Below are positions 12,049 through 23,200 of a stretch of DNA of 64,000 nucleotides, one piece after another. The stretch comes from Eukaryota sp. GEM-RC1. Its lineage: Eukaryota. The stretch covers positions 1,364,001 through 1,428,000 of the forward strand of contig JAUFOQ010000004.1 in the NCBI GenBank assembly GCA_040285855.1, read 5' to 3'. Position 1 is the first letter of the stretch. Every line of letters begins with the position of its first letter. Below the pieces are notes generated by a model. That model was not told the DNA's origin, did not search any database, and saw only the letters and a list, made by a program, of their open reading frames with translations. A program made the translations under genes and the position numbers.

Positions 12049-12087
12049 TACACAATAATAAGAGATGTAATGTTCAGAAACCAAAAA

Positions 12088-12161
12088 TGCTCTGTACAGG
12101 GGTCGAACCTGTGACCTTGGCGTTATTAGCACCACGCTCTAACCAACTGAGCTAACAGAGC
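12088..12161 (-). tRNA. tRNA-Ile, anticodon AAT (IAU)
   Basis: GCTCTGTTAGCTCAGTTGGTTAGAGCGTGGTGCTAATAACGCCAAGGTCACAGGTTCGACCCCTGTACAGAGCA: acceptor stem GCTCTGT/ACAGAGC, A and B boxes, anticodon arm TGGTG-CT-AAT-AA-CGCCA, followed by a T5 Pol III terminator. Confidence 0.97.
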
Positions 12162-14168
12162 ATATGAAATTTTCTGCTACAAGTCCGCAATTCTTTGGTT
12201 TTGTTTTGACTTAAACGTTGTTCATCTCTTATTGCAACAACACTACAGTGTACATAGCATACAGACTGTTCTTCGGTGATTGTTCAAACTGATTCAAATC
12301 AGACTACATGCGAGAAGGATCTTTTATGTGTAGGAGCGGAAAAGTTCACTTCTTCCATTTTGTGTTTTAGTATGTATATTATACATAAACTATGTTAGTC
12401 ACATTTGGATAAACATAAAACAAAACTCGATTCTTCATTCAGTCATCCTAAACTTGTGGCTCTTCTCCTTTCACAGCTCCTCAATATTGTTCACCTGCAG
12501 AACTAATCGATGTGAAAAGATGAACGTCATAAAAAACACAAATTTAGAATGTGTTCTTTATATTGAATTCTTTGAGTTGAAATTCATACTTGGAATTTAA
12601 GCCACGTAGATCTGAAATTTCGTTTTCAGAAAAGTGATTTAAAAACTGGTACCACTTTGGAGCGAATATCACATACTAGTACTTTTACGTTAAATACAAA
12701 AAAACAAGAATCTTGTACAACATTATAAATAACTGAAGAGTGAAATATGGACAAGTAATTTAATAACAAAGAACAACTAGCTCCACGTTAGTACTTTAAG
12801 TGCTGCTTTTAACAGAAGATATTGCGATTACTAAAGTCCATCTTTCAATCTCATTAGACATTTAATTTTACATATTCAGAAGGGGCGAGAATAATCAATT
12901 TTAAAAGGGATCTACTTTAAGTGAATGAGGAAGAAAAACAAATTTCCACATTGAGGAGACCATGATAATTTCAAATCTTTAACAAACAGACAATTACTGG
13001 AATTCAACAGTGTTCTTCGACCCCTTGGCACGATCCAAAATTTGACAATGTAAATTCTTTAGAAATGATCTCCGAAGAAATCACATATCTCAAACAGTTG
13101 TATTTATTATTTGATTTTGAAAGGATCAAATTACGATATGTCGATAGGTCGAAATCCTAAGTGCATACATACGATGTGCACCAAAGATGAATATCTGTTT
13201 GTCATGTGGCCTTCACCTCCAAACTTTCGTGACAAACTGAACTAGTCCATTACATCAACTTAGATTGATTGAATTGGAACCAATCGTTTTTAAGTGGTAA
13301 ACAAATTAAAGAGTGATTTTGCTACATGTACTTCTCTAAGAATATAATGTTAAAGTAGTTGAGACTCTCTTCCAGACATTGAATTTCAGTTTGCCTAGTT
13401 ACAGCTTAACTTAACACAAAAGATCTCAATCACACATTTTTTCGATTACAGTCAAAGTATACTAATTGTTCTTTTACTCATGCTTCACTATCATTAATAA
13501 AGTGAATTCCAAAGTTTATTGCGTCATGCTTATGGAACAAAAACATTATGATAAGTGCGAAAACTAGAAACATACATTGTCATTACATCTCACATCACTT
13601 TTTTCTGCGTAGAAAATACTGAGAGCTGATAGAGCTTTCAAAATCATAATTGGAATTTTTTTAAATACTGTAAATATAAAGACAATTCGATTCAACCAAA
13701 ACTTAAAATCAAATTTTTTGCTCATCATTTTTTTTACTACCCAAGATAGAACATTGTTTCTTCACGTACAGTAGATAAAATAGACTTATTTTGATACTTG
13801 TTGTTGTCATGTTCATGTTTATACTTAACTTAACTAAAGTTAAGTCTGTTTATTCAAAACAACAACAATTAGGTATATTATTTAATGATCTACGTCTGTC
13901 AAACTTGTCTAAGATACAGTGTAATTCAATTTTGTTGACAATCTATAACATCAACACAGTTACAATATATTTGTATACTGAAAAGAGATTATAAATGAAA
14001 AAGATAAAAATATATGTAAAATACATATAGATGAAACACTAGACATGGAAAATACTTGAGCAAAAATCAACAAAATCGTACAATCATCATGTGATAGTTG
14101 ATATAATAGCAAGTTTCAAACGTTCATTACAATGAAAGAACCGTGTTTTATCAAAAACAGTAAAATAC

Positions 14169-15152
14169 CTAAAGTAGCAGCACCATGACAGATATGTTAT
14201 CCGTCGTACCTCTCTCTAAAGAAATCTTAACTAATATGTTAGCAGTCTGTTGAGCTCCTTTATGTTTTGATTTCTGAAATATATCTCGAATGTCTTCATT
14301 AGATAGCACATCTGTCACACCATCGCAAACTAATATCAGCGCCTCATCATGCTCCGTCAGCACAACAGATCGTATCGAAGGATCTGCAATAACAGATGGT
14401 TTCAGAAGACCATCACCGAGAGCACGTGTGACTGCCAGGGAACCATTTACTCTGTTACTTAGAATAAATCCCCCAGCATTGACAACCCGAGTAGCTTCCG
14501 ACGGATCACTTGGCCTATGTATAACTGTGAGTTCTTGGATCCGCGATTTAGAAACAAGGAAGGCAGAAGAGTCGCCAGCGTTTCCTACTGTTAGTTGTAC
14601 CGGAGGGGGAACGTCATCTTCGGAGTCTGAGTCTGATCGTATGTTTGTGGATTTCTGTTCTATGAATGACGTGTTGCTGGGATGGAGGATACAAGTGACG
14701 GCAGTGGAGCCAACAACGTCATGGCCGAGATCAATGGCTTCTTCATCTGTACGGATATAAGCGTGCTTAATCGCTTCAGCCACTGAGTGTCCCGAGCGTA
14801 AGCCTGCTGCTAGATACTTATGGAGTCTACGAGCTGCGAGTTCCGAAGTCTCATTTCCTCCATGTCCATCATGCAGAGCAACGTAGGTCCAGCCTGTATG
14901 ACCAAAAAAGCCGTCAATCATAACATGTGTATCTTCCATAGTTTGTCTAAAGGCAGGATTTTGTTCAGAAGCAACTCCAAAATCACGGATGGAGGAAGCG
15001 TTAGAATTAGAAAACCGAGCAAGAAGGCCTGAAGTGGGGGTTGGGGTTGGGGTTGGTGTGGAAGTAGACGGAGCAGGAGAATTGCTGTCCACAGAAAGCC
15101 TAGGACTTGAGTTTCTTGATGGTGTTTTCTTTTTTCGCAGTCCTTTAAACAT
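14169..15152 (-). CDS. Protein phosphatase 2C (PPM family)
   Basis: RQTMEDTH, LHDGHGG, GSTAV, GNAGDS, HRPSDPSEATRV, RVNGSLAVTRALGD, LILVCDGVTDV, GTTDNISV; Ser/Thr/Pro-rich N-terminus. Confidence 0.95.
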   Translation of the reverse strand: MFKGLRKKKTPSRNSSPRLSVDSNSPAPSTSTPTPTPTPTSGLLARFSNSNASSIRDFGVASEQNPAFRQTMEDTHVMIDGFFGHTGWTYVALHDGHGGNETSELAARRLHKYLAAGLRSGHSVAEAIKHAYIRTDEEAIDLGHDVVGSTAVTCILHPSNTSFIEQKSTNIRSDSDSEDDVPPPVQLTVGNAGDSSAFLVSKSRIQELTVIHRPSDPSEATRVVNAGGFILSNRVNGSLAVTRALGDGLLKPSVIADPSIRSVVLTEHDEALILVCDGVTDVLSNEDIRDIFQKSKHKGAQQTANILVKISLERGTTDNISVMVLLL

Positions 15153-15693
15153 GAATCAAGCACAAACGAAAAAGAATTTGGAAAGAAACAACTGGATCAA
15201 CGACAAAACACGCGTGTTGGCGAGCCCCTACACGTTCTACATCAAATCAATTGTAGACATCTCTTCACGAAACACTTGTGTGTATATGGCACAATCTGAC
15301 AGCTAGCATGAACGTTTTAAGTAATCACTTTTTGTTTGACAATTGTACCACTGCTTTCTATTTCAAACTCGTCACTGCATGTAAACTGACATAAATGTTT
15401 CACACCTTGTTTCCAAATTTCTTGTTTTCCTAACGCTATTGTTGTGTCTAGTTCTGCCCTTTATTAGTGTGGAAATGATTTAAAGACGGATAGAATCGAC
15501 ATATTGTGTAATACAATGTCTGTTTGACACCTATAAATTCCTTCATTTTTGGGATGCCTGTAGCGCTCTACATCTAGACTAGAATGTAAAGGAAATATTC
15601 TTAGTACACTGAGTGTTGTTTGGTGTTGTTTAAATGTTTGTTTAACATCGTATTTGCTAGACCTAACTCAAAAAGAAGTGGTGGGGTAAAATT

Positions 15694-16936
15694 GTGAATA
15701 GAATCTATTCAATAGATGCAAAGAATGCTTCAGTTGCTTTGCTTCAGTTGAATCAATTCACTTCTTTCCTTCATAATAATGAATGCCTGTACAGTGGCAT
15801 TCTCAGCACTTCTGATATCATCAATGTAATCGTTTCAAACCCCCAGTGCATCATCTCTAAAGCTGTCGTCAATCGTCCGGGACATGTTCTTCATAACACT
15901 GCTGTTGTCCTCAAAAGCACCTTTAACATCAGTAAGGAGCACCATCTTCTATCCCTCATAAATTCTCCATTTGTTATCTCATCATTTGGAACTTTCCAAG
16001 AAGCCAATTCCTATACAATCATCCTCGAGCACTGTGACACTGACTTAGGTCAATGGATCTCCTCTAGGCCATACATTCCCCTCCCTGAACTACTTACAAT
16101 CTTCTCACAACTCTCTCTAGCCCTCGTAGATGTACATAACCTTGGAATTCTCCACCGTGACATCAAATGCTCTAATATCTTCATCCACCACCCTCTTCAA
16201 TGCAAACTGGGTGACTTTGGTATCTCCAAGCTCACTGACTCTTCTTCCACCTTCGTTGGTACTCTTAACTATATGAGTCCTGAGGTCTTACAGGGTCAAT
16301 CCTATTCCAATCATGCTGACGTTTACTCTTTGGGAGTTGTTCTCTACAAGTTGATCCACAACTCCCTCCCAGTTGTATCAAGATCTCCATTGGAAATTGT
16401 ATCTAAGATTAAGAACAGGGAGTATTGCAGGACTTGTAAGTATGATGTACTTCATCAGATTGTTAACTTGTGTCTAAGTTGTAATCCATCTGAAAGACCT
16501 TCTGCTGAGACGTTAGTTTCATTAGTAAGAAGAGCAAGATTGCTGTATCAAGATGAGATTGATAACGTTATTGAAGAATGTAGTGTTGAAGAAAGTATTG
16601 GTGATGAGATTGAAGATCGCTTTGATTTACAGGATGAGTCAGAGTGAACAGTCACGTGATCAAGATAACGTGACGAGCTCTTCTGTGGATGTTTCTCCAA
16701 GTGATGATCATGTTGACAGTGGGACTGTTGTTGAAAATAATTTATGTTATGAAAGTGTAGGTAAAGTTGCCAGCATTGTCAGCAATTTCAAGCTTCACAA
16801 TTCTATCACTGAAAAGCGTCCTGAATCTCGATCCGAGAGACTTCTACTTACAAGCAGACTAGCTCAGTTAGATTCTAATTATTCCAATCACGACTCTTCC
16901 CTTAGATACGATCCAATTCTCGGTAGATTTGTATAG
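15694..16936 (+). CDS. NEK-like Ser/Thr protein kinase; start uncertain, tail probably continues through a frameshift near 16640
   Basis: ILHRDIKCSNIF, KLGDFGISK, STFVGTLNYMSPEV, YSNHADVYSLGV, PSERPSA; overlapping ORF 16553-16936 is a plausible acidic tail. Confidence 0.85.
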
Positions 16937-17002
16937 AAATACCAAGAAAAAAAGATTATCCAAACAAACATTTATCATTAAACTAAATCAGATTACAATA
17001 AA

Positions 17003-18127
17003 TTAAGCAGATGTCAGAACTTCAATTGCGGTATACTTTTGAGTCTTTGTCATTGTCAAGAAATTACATGACAAATCCTTACAAAAGATTCGAACAACTG
17101 AAGTAGCAAAGGAAATATACCTTAGAGTCATTAAACCAGCTAAAGCGGCTAATACAAATAGAGTTAAACTAGAAGAAACAAACACCGCAGCAGCCATAAA
17201 AACGGATGAAACAGCAAAAACAACTAAAACCTGACTATAAACAAGAGGTGTTTTTGGAAACCACAGAAACTAAAACATCTAGGGTTTGAAATGATGTTAG
17301 AAAAGTAGTGAAGACCAGGCATAGAGCGAGGTCGTAGCTTGAAGGAGATCTAAAGTAGGTGTAGAGGCATATGGGAAGGTAAGAGAGGGAACGTGTGAGG
17401 AGCTGGAGAACACCAACGAAGAAACCAGTGAGGTTCTTTCGATGATGGATGAAGATGTTGACGAGAGAGTTGATGAGAGTGAATCCAGCGAATGCAGCTA
17501 CGAAAAGAATGAGATAGACTTGTTCGCGTTGAGAGGGGAAGTGTAGACCAAAGTAGACAGCGATGTTGAGAGCAGTTACCATGAGAAGACCTTCTGTGGG
17601 AGCATTGATGAAACCAAGGAAGAGAGTACCAGTGTGGTGTTCTTCAATGGCACAGAAGATGAAAGCTATTTGGGGAAGAACTAGGGTAGGGATAAGGTAG
17701 TTGCCGTAGAGTCCGAGACCGATCATGGTGGATGCTCCAATGAGAGAGGTGGTTAGAGAATCAACGGAGTGGTCTGTGATTTCGCCCAGGGCTGAGGAGG
17801 TTTGAGTTCGACGAGCTTGTCTTCCATCGATGTTGTCCAAGGTTTGGTAGATGAAGACGGCGATTCCGGTAATAAGGAAGAAGATACGGGGAACTTCAGA
17901 ACCAGTAAAATGGAAGGCGAAAATAAACAAGGATGGTAGTACAACTAGAAAAGACCGATGACAGTGATCATGTTAGGAGCAACAGTTATAGGGAAGAATC
18001 TGATGAGATAGTCCCAATATGGCTTCATCACGAACTTGGTCACAAGAGACTTGTCAACGCACCCATACTTATAGTTTGAAACCCAATGGTTATCAACAAG
18101 TCGGGTTCGGATGTGTGAAGTATCCAT
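17003..18127 (-). CDS. CEPT1: Choline/ethanolamine phosphotransferase (CDP-alcohol phosphatidyltransferase); frameshifts near 17950 and 17255
   Basis: NYKYGCVDKS, PITVAPNMITVIG, signature YQTLDNIDGRQARRTQTSSALGEITDHSVD, EEHHTGTLFLG..PTEG, multiple TM segments. Confidence 0.9.
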
Positions 18128-18372
18128 TTTCTGAGATTCAACTACAAATAAATCGGAAACTCCGAGTTTGGTCCTCACCTTTTGTACATATAGTTAACGA
18201 CTCAAGACACCTCAACAAGCCAAATTGACTATTAATCTAGTGTCTAAATCAAGGACTGTGTTATAAACATTGTTCGATTAAAGAACTGTGTATCACTTGG
18301 CATAATTGTAGCTCTTCTCGAACAACAATATACGAACAATACAGGTTTATGTACTGAATGCTAAATATACAA

Positions 18373-18799
18373 TTAATATCCGCTTTGCATGAGGTAGTTT
18401 GCGAGATTGAAAACAGCAGTTTCTGTAGCATTTCTCGTAGGGTTATCGATGTGAAGCCCACAGACGATGGCTTGGTTAGTCTTTACACAAATCAATCCGT
18501 TAACACCGCATCGTGCATAAAATTGGGGGAGAAGACCTTCAGGGGGGTCGTTATCGGCACGTAGAATCATATACTTGCCACCCTTGAGATTGAAAGAAGA
18601 TCCCACAGATGTGAAAGCGTTGGCGACCTTAGAAGCTTCAGAAGCATCAGCCTATTGTAAGAATCATAATGAAGACATACTAATTGAAGTCCTTCTGATG
18701 CAGCCCATTGTGATCCATCAACGCCAAAATGGCGCCTCCGCTGCAAGCATCAGGAGCTTGTTGCCGTAAGTAATCAACGTATTGATCCCAGTGACTCAT
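18373..18799 (-). CDS. PFN: Profilin; 29-nt intron and a homopolymer frameshift near 18727
   Basis: MSHWDQYVD, AI(F)GVDGSQWAASEG after +1 T correction, LKGGKYMILRAD, VKTNQAIVCG, NLANYLMQSGY. Confidence 0.9.
18652..18680 (-). other. 29-nt spliceosomal intron in profilin
   Basis: GTATGT...TTCTTACAATAG; removal joins WAASEGLQL to ADASEASKVANAF in frame. Confidence 0.85.
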
Positions 18800-19682
18800 A
18801 TCGAAAGAAAATAATGCAGAAAAAACTTTCGTTGGAAATCCAGTAGGGTGATTTTGAGTCACTATGACTCACATTTTTTCTGCATCAAAGGAAAACTGTA
18901 AGATACAGCCCCATAGGTTGTACAACCTGTTAAACAACCGAAACTCTCATGTTACCAATGATTAGGATTTAATAAAACAAACGAAAAATTGTATTGGTTA
19001 CCAACTGACTGAACATAAAGCCTACATGCTTACCGTTAAACAGATCAGAGTTATACTAAACTCGATTATAGTTAACTGTAGCTCATTGCCATTCTTCAAG
19101 TATTATTCCAAACGATGCATATATACAGTATATGAATGTATACAACATATAATGGCACACAATCACCATACATCGCATGATATAATCCAAATATCACCCA
19201 TTAAGATTCCAGGAAGGAAAAACAGATACACGCATACGAAGATACTTAACTCTGTCACAGGAACCGACATCAGAAAGAGAGATAGGACACGTCACCAATA
19301 AGAACTCCACAACAATTCCGTTGGAAAGACAGTGCTGGATTTGACAAACTACAGAATATGAGCAATAGAGCAGTTGCGGATCAAAGATTGATAACAAACC
19401 GCTGATGTCCTTTTAGTCATATTTGTGTGTTTATGAGAGTTACATAACAAGACTGTGAAGTGAAAACATGGAGAGTAGGCTCAGATATATTTCAAGACCA
19501 AAGTTGAGTGGTATTTTGGGGGGATTGTCTATTTGGAATAAAGACCTGGACATCAAACAAGGGGAACCATCCTTCCAGTCCATTCCAGATTCTCAAAAAA
19601 TGACGATCTGTCTCCAGTTTTTAACTTCCTCATTTCCATAGTCTTCTATATTGTCCAACAGCACTCGTTCCTCCTTGAAAGT

Positions 19683-20260
19683 ATGCCCCGGCCAAGAATA
19701 GTTGTGGATAAAGAAGAATTACTGAAGTGGATGTCAGCAAATGTCCCCCTTGAATATGCTGCTAGTAGGTTCACTCTTTCTACTTACTTCAGAACAGTTA
19801 AACTGTTCTAGATCGACATTGAAAAAGCGATGCAGGGAGCTAGGGCTACCAAATTGGCCTTACTATAAGAATCAAACATCTGACCCTTCAGTAGGAAACA
19901 ACGTAAGTTCCAGCACTGAACCTGCATGTACCGTTGTACAGTCTCTTCCGGATAGTCTAAATATGCAACAATGTAACACATGTCCTTCCATCAATGTTGC
20001 CAAACCCATGACACTTCCGATGGAAGATGTACATTCTTCATCTCTGCCGAATTCCCCCTCCCATTTCCCCCCTCATCGCAACAACACCGGGGCACAGATC
20101 AACCCAAAGATCTTATTCACTGTCAACATCCCATTCTGTAAACGTGATAGCTGACGATTCCGCATCACGTTCCAAATCTCCAACTCACTATGAGTCCATG
20201 CTCGTGGACCAGATTCGCCAGTCCCATGTAGAATTGATACTCAAACATTCTCTGTTATGA
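19683..20260 (+). CDS. RWP-RK domain transcription factor; 28-nt intron, frameshift in a C-run near 20070
   Basis: Spliced product MPRPRIVVDKEELLKWMSANVPLEYAAKQLNCSRSTLKKRCRELGLPNWPYYK fits the RWP-RK pattern (P...AA..L....TLK+.CR.LG..RWP). The paralogous copy at 49262-49513 reads through in one frame to ...ELILKHSLL, supporting the stop at 20260. Confidence 0.85.
19765..19792 (+). other. 28-nt spliceosomal intron in the RWP-RK gene
   Basis: GTAGGT...ACTTACTTCAG; removal gives EYAA-K-QLNCSR in frame from ATG 19683. Confidence 0.85.
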
Positions 20261-23200
20261 TCATTACTATTAGTATAGTTGTTATCATTTAGGTTACAGA
20301 CTTTAAGTACATGTAGCTCTAATGAAACACGTGTTGTGGAAGTGTTTCAGTGAGAAGACTTGTCTTAATCTGTACGTTCCACAATTTTTGAAAAATTATT
20401 TTTGTATTATTCTGTAAATATTGACACGACAAATACACTGTCCATTACTATCGCACATTTTTCATACTGGGAAATTACAACAGAAATATCAGGGTTATTA
20501 CAGTATATGTAATAGATCCACACTATTTTTTAGTGTTAACGAGAAACGTTTCAGCGTGTCCCCGTTTCCGGAACGTTTTTAATAAACACATCAGTATGGA
20601 AACGATATGGAAACGATATGGAAACGTTTAATATGTTTCGGAAACCTAAAATTCGGGTCTGGTTTTAACTTGTTTTTGTACCAAAGAAACTCAACAAATA
20701 CTACAGATTATGATACAGTGTGAGTGAGTACTCAAGATAATTCCCTAAAGCTCAATTTCAAGCCTAAGTGGATGTTGGCATTTTCATCTTGTTGTTGAAC
20801 TTAATCATCCGATACTTCTTCGTGCCTTGATCTTTTATGACCACTGATAAATCCTAGAAATTTCTTTTAAATTCGTCTACCGACTTTGACCATGTTTGTT
20901 TCATCGTCATACTACAAAATAGTGAGAGTGTGTTGACAATTCAGAAATTTTGGAAGAGAGAAAATGGATTGAAGATATGAGAATTGAACACATAAAAGGG
21001 CGTTTCGGAAACGATTCCAGACAAAATTTGGTACGTATCTCGTACCATCTTGGTTTGCTAATGATTGGCGAGTTCAAGGTTGGGAAATAGCCACAATGAT
21101 TTACAACAGTCTATATAATAAGAAACAGATGAAATCAACTACTGCACGACTCAAATCAACGATTCAACTAACACTAACAAATAGATAACCATGTACTATG
21201 TTTACTGCGTTTGTAATCACTTCTTTTCCAACGCAGTTTTTTAGCCACTCAAGATTTTTCTGCTTGTTGAACACATCAACCACAATGTCTTAAAGTGAGA
21301 AACAGAAATTGGTGGAGCTACATTGTGTTAAAATTGATCTCTAGATGACTGTTTGAATATTTACTTGAATAAGGCTTAAACATGAAGTTCCAGTTCCTTG
21401 TGGTGATCACAAATAACCAGCCGAGTCACTACAGAGGCTATGCGTGACGAATAAAAACACTATCGAAGGAATTAACCAAAGCGTATGGTCCATTTCTGTT
21501 CATGGTAGGCGGTGAACTAACTCGGTTCTGTTCACAATATATATGAACTGAACTCAAGTGATTATCATTGATAATACATTCAGTGTCTACTACTAACACA
21601 GTTGGAAAATGCACCCACTTTGCAAATATCTTTTTGCTACATCTATCGCAAGGATTGAATTAGACTGGTGCATTTAGTACCGTTTTATATACAACTATAA
21701 AACACAGTCATTATGGCGTCTTCATCAATAAGAAAAATGGACAACTATTTCCTACTAGATACGTTTGTTTTTATACATGAATGAAGAAATACATCCTGCA
21801 AAATAATATCATTACAACATCTATCACTATCAAATCTCCAAAGCATTCTTTTCATAAAAGGAACTCACTGTTAGTTAAGCTTTGGAGACGATAAGTGTAA
21901 TTGTAAAAAACCCGGAAAAAACAATACAACTCAACCGTAACATATGATCTACAAATGTAAGTGTTTCTTCAGCATCTTGTATACGACTTGCAAAAAATAT
22001 CTTAACAAATTCAATACAATTTTGGCTAATTAACCGTAAATTGATACATCAAAAGAACTTACTTGACACTGAGCTTGTTTCACATGTTTAAGATTCATCA
22101 ATGGTTTTTTGGACTAATTCTGCTTAACTTGTGCAGAAATATTTAACTGGGAAGCTAAAGAATAGGTGATCATTAAGGTGTCTCTTTGCAAACATCCACA
22201 GATTGTATGTTCCAAGTGTGCAATGTTTTGGTGAATCAATTCCAAACTTTTTATAAATGATTCAGCGTTTTATTAATCAAACAGCTCAACAGTTTTTTTG
22301 AACTCTCTGCAAATTGACTCAATAAATTCGGACGTCGAACGGAACAGAAAATTAAGCAATTGTGCCAAATTGATAGAATGGTGGTCTTATTCTAAATACT
22401 AGTGGATGATTTATGATTTTACTTTCACTTCTATCAACAGACGTGTTTTATAACATACGTTCTACTTTAACAGCATCACTGAAATACACCGAACCGCACG
22501 ATTGTCACCCATTCATGATTAAGAAACTGTTTAAAACTCGTTAGATGACCAACTCTAACAATCAGTCAGCAGATTCAGAAACTGAAATGTGACCAACCCT
22601 TTGTACTAAGTAAAAATGGTAGTTGTGCAGAATGCTCTCTGAATATCTGATGTCACCATTTAAGAGAGCTAGAAGCTTGCTTTGTCTATAATTGAGTGAA
22701 TATATTGTTCTTTCGGGTCAGTCAGCAACATTGGCTTCTGTATTACTATAACAATAATATTGTGATGGTTTAAAGAATACTTATTGAATTCTGTTTGGTA
22801 TTAATTTTGACCAGTTGTAGTAAGGAGTTTCTGAATTTGTTTAAAACATTGTGTTACGAGTGTGGTAAGAAAATCGAGAGGTCTCATTAGAGCAGCACCT
22901 TAGCCTTTTAGCTTTATAAGTCAAAGTATAGATGAGTCCATTCCATTTGTGCCAAGTTATATGGATGTAACTACTTGTCGGAATTCGGCAGTTCGCTTGG
23001 TTTTTTAATAGTCTTTATTTTAATTTCATTTCTGGGTGGGATTCCAGTTTTTAGTATATACTCTTTTATATGTTTTGATTTTTTGCATTGATAAATGCTT
23101 CGATTATATACAATTAGACATATGTAATATACAGTCATCAAGTTCACGCTTTGTCAAATGATGCTAAATCACGAAGATAATCCGTATGTACGAGATGTTG

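Noticed and set aside
15036..15058. (GGGGTT)n tract resembling a ciliate telomere repeat
   Set aside because: It encodes the Thr-Pro repeat (TPTPTPTPT) in the PP2C N-terminus on the minus strand and has only about three units.
14290..15306. Plus-strand ORFs 14290-14760 and 14989-15306, and similar short antisense ORFs over the giant genes
   Set aside because: Antisense shadows of well-supported genes with no recognisable motifs.
19026..19397. Short overlapping ORFs between profilin and the RWP-RK gene
   Set aside because: No motifs or coding-like composition; probably the divergent promoter region.
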